Positions 62,901-64,000 of a DNA stretch of 64,000 nt are shown here, one piece after another. A model generated the notes under the pieces. The model did no database searches. It worked only from the letters and a program-made list of their open reading frames with translations, and was not told where the DNA came from. Position numbers and translations under genes: made by a program. The number at the start of each line of letters is the position of its first letter. Position 1 is the first letter of the stretch. The stretch covers positions 21,452,001 to 21,516,000 of the forward strand of contig NW_025963780.1 in NCBI RefSeq assembly GCF_023055435.1, read 5' to 3'. The DNA is from Haliotis rufescens. Lineage: Eukaryota.

Positions 62901-63387
62901 ATATTTCGGCTGTATGAGGGCGGCCTGAAAAAAATTATATGCCAGTGATTTATTTTATGAGCAACGACCCCAATTCATTATGTCGCCTCTTGCTAGGGAT
63001 CTATATATTCTATTTTGAAAAGTGACTTAAGGATTTCAGTGGAATGGACAAACTGTTGCATTTGTACATATATACATGTTGAGTTTACTGAACGAACGTC
63101 AGTAACGTTCTTCATTTCCCGGTTTTGGTATTCAGTCAAAAGCTGATTACGAATACATCACCAGGTCCTGATACTGTGTGACGTACATGTATATGTACTC
63201 AGTAATCAGTATGTGGGTACCATATTATATTCTCTATGTACATTTTGCATTGTGCTCGAATGACTAAGACACGCCCATCTACATACTGCACAGGCAAGGC
63301 GCCCTACTCAGACATCCGTAGCAGAGATCTCGCTGTCAAAATCAGGAATGGTTTCCGGCTCCAGAGACCGGAATACGCCGAGGATAT
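32900..63387 (+). CDS. Multi-exon receptor tyrosine kinase-like gene (signal peptide, EMI-like, EGF, EGF, beta-sandwich region, FN3, TM, degenerate tyrosine kinase); 3' part disrupted; may continue beyond the window
   Basis: 22 exons with consistent phases: 32900-32967, 34191-34259, 35041-35138, 35756-35851, 40947-41054, 41329-41583, 42074-42203, 42980-43172, 43756-44422, 44851-45016, 45719-45842, 46686-46886, 49220-49256, 50025-50177, 51253-51366, 51490-51546, 58637/58658-58812, 60138-60333, 60983-61102, 61474-61628, 62705-62819, 63294-63387. The first 16 exons total 2536 nt and are open. Confidence 0.85.
33105..33460. repeat. 24-bp minisatellite (intronic)
   Basis: Unit tcaatcctctattcaatctttatg. 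Confidence 0.9.
34191..34259 (+). CDS. RTK-like exon 2: EMI-like N-half
   Basis: tttcag|[25 protein letters not shown]|gtaagt. Confidence 0.75.
35041..35138 (+). CDS. RTK-like exon 3: EMI-like C-half
   Basis: ttacag| [32 protein letters not shown] |gtgagg; the CCPGW motif. Confidence 0.8.
35756..35851 (+). CDS. RTK-like exon 4: EGF-like domain
   Basis: Phase 1-1 exon [28 protein letters not shown]. Confidence 0.88.
36401..36973 (+). repeat. Copy 1 of an about 570-bp local direct duplication (includes a family B SINE)
   Basis: Colinear with 38537-39145. Confidence 0.85.
37135..38265. repeat. Compound ~20-21-bp minisatellite (intronic)
   Basis: Alternating units such as cacaattaccagtaccaggtg and cacaattacccgtaacggtg. 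Confidence 0.92.
38537..39145 (+). repeat. Copy 2 of the local direct duplication
   Basis: Colinear with 36401-36973. Confidence 0.85.
39290..39860. repeat. Degenerate (CATAT)n-like low-complexity tract
   Basis: Recurrent catat/atcac pentamers; G-poor. Confidence 0.7.
40947..41054 (+). CDS. RTK-like exon 5: EGF-like domain
   Basis: Phase 1-1 exon [35 protein letters not shown]. Confidence 0.88.
41329..41583 (+). CDS. RTK-like exon 6
   Basis: atgtag| open frame |gtgagc; phase 1-1. Confidence 0.8.
42074..42203 (+). CDS. RTK-like exon 7
   Basis: cctag| ... |gtaagt; phase 1-2. Confidence 0.8.
42980..43172 (+). CDS. RTK-like exon 8
   Basis: tctag| ... |gtaaca; phase 2-0. Confidence 0.8.
43756..44422 (+). 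CDS. RTK-like exon 9 (beta-sandwich-like)
   Basis: 667-nt open exon containing [15 protein letters not shown] and [13 protein letters not shown]; phase 0-1. Confidence 0.88.
44851..45016 (+). CDS. RTK-like exon 10
   Basis: tttcag| ..[14 protein letters not shown].. |gtaagc; phase 1-2. Confidence 0.82.
45163..45330 (-). mobile_element. tRNA(Asp)-derived SINE
   Basis: Family similarity; (GAGT)n tail. Confidence 0.8.
45719..45842 (+). CDS. RTK-like exon 11
   Basis: tttcag| [12 protein letters not shown].. |gtacgt; phase 2-0. Confidence 0.8.
46686..46886 (+). CDS. RTK-like exon 12
   Basis: tttcag| MYAC..CYCP..C..VVNRAGL.. |gtgagt; phase 0-0. Confidence 0.82.
47565..47862 (-). mobile_element. 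tRNA-derived SINE, family B, full length with (CA)n tail
   Basis: Matches 58950-59240. Confidence 0.85.
47950..49140 (+). mobile_element. Degraded Tc1/mariner transposon
   Basis: [10 protein letters not shown]...GHLTVQRY...VQDGNARLH and a later PTEHV (NPIEH-like) motif; ends are approximate. Confidence 0.75.
48643..48834 (+). mobile_element. Full-length tRNA(Asp)-derived SINE nested in the Tc1 remnant, 14-bp TSD
   Basis: TSD tcttgggcggagag at 48629-48642 and 48835-48848; (ACTC)n tail. Confidence 0.92.
49220..49256 (+). CDS. RTK-like exon 13 (37-nt mini-exon)
   Basis: catag|[13 protein letters not shown]|gtaagt; supplies the required phase 0-to-1 bridge. Confidence 0.7.
50025..50177 (+). 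CDS. RTK-like exon 14: FN3 N-half
   Basis: [19 protein letters not shown]; phase 1-1. Confidence 0.85.
50275..50556 (+). mobile_element. tRNA-derived SINE sharing the (ACTC)n 3' tail of the Asp-SINE
   Basis: gtggcccagtcgtctaag...gggttcgaatccc head; tail cgccgtgatata.ctggaata.tg.taaaagcggcgt. Confidence 0.7.
51253..51366 (+). CDS. RTK-like exon 15: FN3 C-half
   Basis: [16 protein letters not shown]; phase 1-1. Confidence 0.88.
51490..51546 (+). CDS. RTK-like exon 16: juxtamembrane and start of TM
   Basis: cacag| [19 protein letters not shown]|gtaggt; phase 1-1. Confidence 0.8.
52219..53307 (+). pseudogene. Ngaro copy 2 gag-like ORF1 (in-frame TAG at 52741)
   Basis: MPPKRR N-terminus; [24 protein letters not shown]; C-terminal Cys/His cluster. 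Confidence 0.88.
53256..54972 (+). pseudogene. Ngaro copy 2 RT-RNase H (frameshift near 54415)
   Basis: [19 protein letters not shown]; FSDAAG, CDNQAV, ADALSR. Confidence 0.92.
54960..55729 (+). pseudogene. Ngaro copy 2 tyrosine recombinase (frameshifts, internal deletion, catalytic Tyr to His)
   Basis: [29 protein letters not shown]; AHIR where copy 1 has KYIR. Confidence 0.88.
55777..56300 (+). pseudogene. Ngaro copy 2 SGNH hydrolase (stop at 56151)
   Basis: tttacag| SMVGSS, RGG, HRGSND; homologous to 17334-17866. Confidence 0.8.
58128..58275 (-). mobile_element. tRNA(Asp)-derived SINE, internally deleted
   Basis: Family similarity. Confidence 0.75.
58637..58812 (+). CDS. RTK-like exon 17: TM and juxtamembrane (acceptor uncertain: 58637 lacks AG, 58658 has AG)
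   Basis: [16 protein letters not shown] followed by the basic RTGK..RRQSRHK; donor gtaggt, phase 0. Confidence 0.75.
58950..59240 (-). mobile_element. tRNA-derived SINE, family B
   Basis: Matches 47565-47862. Confidence 0.85.
59700..60062. repeat. ~13-bp AT-rich minisatellite
   Basis: Unit ttatgtgtacta(t). Confidence 0.9.
60138..60333 (+). CDS. RTK-like exon 18: kinase subdomains I-II
   Basis: [25 protein letters not shown]...MAAKVLK. Confidence 0.88.
60983..61102 (+). CDS. RTK-like exon 19: kinase subdomains III-IV
   Basis: LMMAKINF...[12 protein letters not shown]; phase 1-1. Confidence 0.85.
61474..61628 (+). CDS. RTK-like exon 20: kinase subdomains V-VIa (donor reads ATATGT)
   Basis: [18 protein letters not shown]...[13 protein letters not shown]. 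Confidence 0.88.
62705..62819 (+). pseudogene. RTK-like kinase exon, subdomains VIII-IX, with a nonsense codon in the APE motif
   Basis: [11 protein letters not shown]...[18 protein letters not shown]; TAG at 62735-62737. Confidence 0.9.
63294..63387 (+). CDS. RTK-like kinase exon, subdomain X
   Basis: GKAPYSDI...[14 protein letters not shown] |gtgagt. Confidence 0.88.
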
Positions 63388-64000
63388 GTGAGTTGTTTTC
63401 TTCCGGTATCAGTCGGAGTTTAATATTGCCATTACCCAACGTTCTTGTACAGTGATATTTAGTGTGGCTAGTTACAGTAGGTAGAGGCTTTGACCCATTG
63501 GCAGTTACAGAAAGTTTGTTTCAAGTTAAAATACGGCTTTGGTTACATAAATGCCCAAATTTGATAATGCTTAACATAATGTCCTTAATCATACAGAGGC
63601 AAAGATTCCGCTTGAAACATGTAACTTTTCAAAATGTGTAGATCTGGACTTGAAATGGGTAAGGGACTGTTGAGTTCCTCGTATATTCTCCTGATTCTGG
63701 TCATTGATCTGGATCAGTAAAAGAATTGAAACGGACCAAATAACCGAAAAACTCATTTATAGACATCTTTTATTTTGAATTAAATAAGTGAATTGATGAC
63801 GTTTAGTGATTGAATATATTTGGGGAAAGTTGGCCTTTTTAAAAAGCAAGATGGCCGCCAAAGTGGCCTTTTAAAACGGGACCAATGGCTTTCTTGAGTA
63901 CCGAGAACATAATAATCACAACAAATCAAACTTGAGCAGAAAGTCCAACAAAATGTCCAACTATAGTGTAATGACACTGAGGCTGATTAAAATTATCATT

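Overview
Eukaryotic (animal) genomic DNA, repeat-rich and intron-rich, with three N gaps. The SINE repertoire resembles a gastropod mollusc such as abalone (inference from memory, not a search). Left half (1-30 kb): minisatellites (47, ~56, 62 and 31 bp units), tRNA-derived SINEs, Tc1/mariner and LINE remnants, and a decayed Ty3/Gypsy LTR retrotransposon (15076-28648) inserted in a 62-bp satellite. The Gypsy element carries a nested, nearly intact minus-strand Ngaro-type tyrosine-recombinase (YR) retrotransposon (about 16831-21883). Its 3' LTR is split, and the missing part lies upstream of the 5' LTR (a circular permutation). Right half (32.9-64 kb): a plus-strand multi-exon receptor tyrosine kinase-like gene (signal peptide, EMI-like, EGF x2, beta-domains, FN3, TM, degenerate kinase). 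I traced 22 exons by splice signals and phase. Its 845-codon ectodomain is open, but the TM and kinase exons are damaged. A second full-length Ngaro element (51750-58066, A1-ORFs-B1-A2-B2) sits, in the same orientation, in the intron that splits the TM segment. Best leads: (i) large, apparently folded RNA/ssDNA domains in the 3' region of both Ngaro elements; (ii) Ngaro SGNH hydrolase ORFs that appear to be phase-1 spliced exons, in frame with both gag and the host receptor; (iii) the circularly permuted Gypsy/satellite block.
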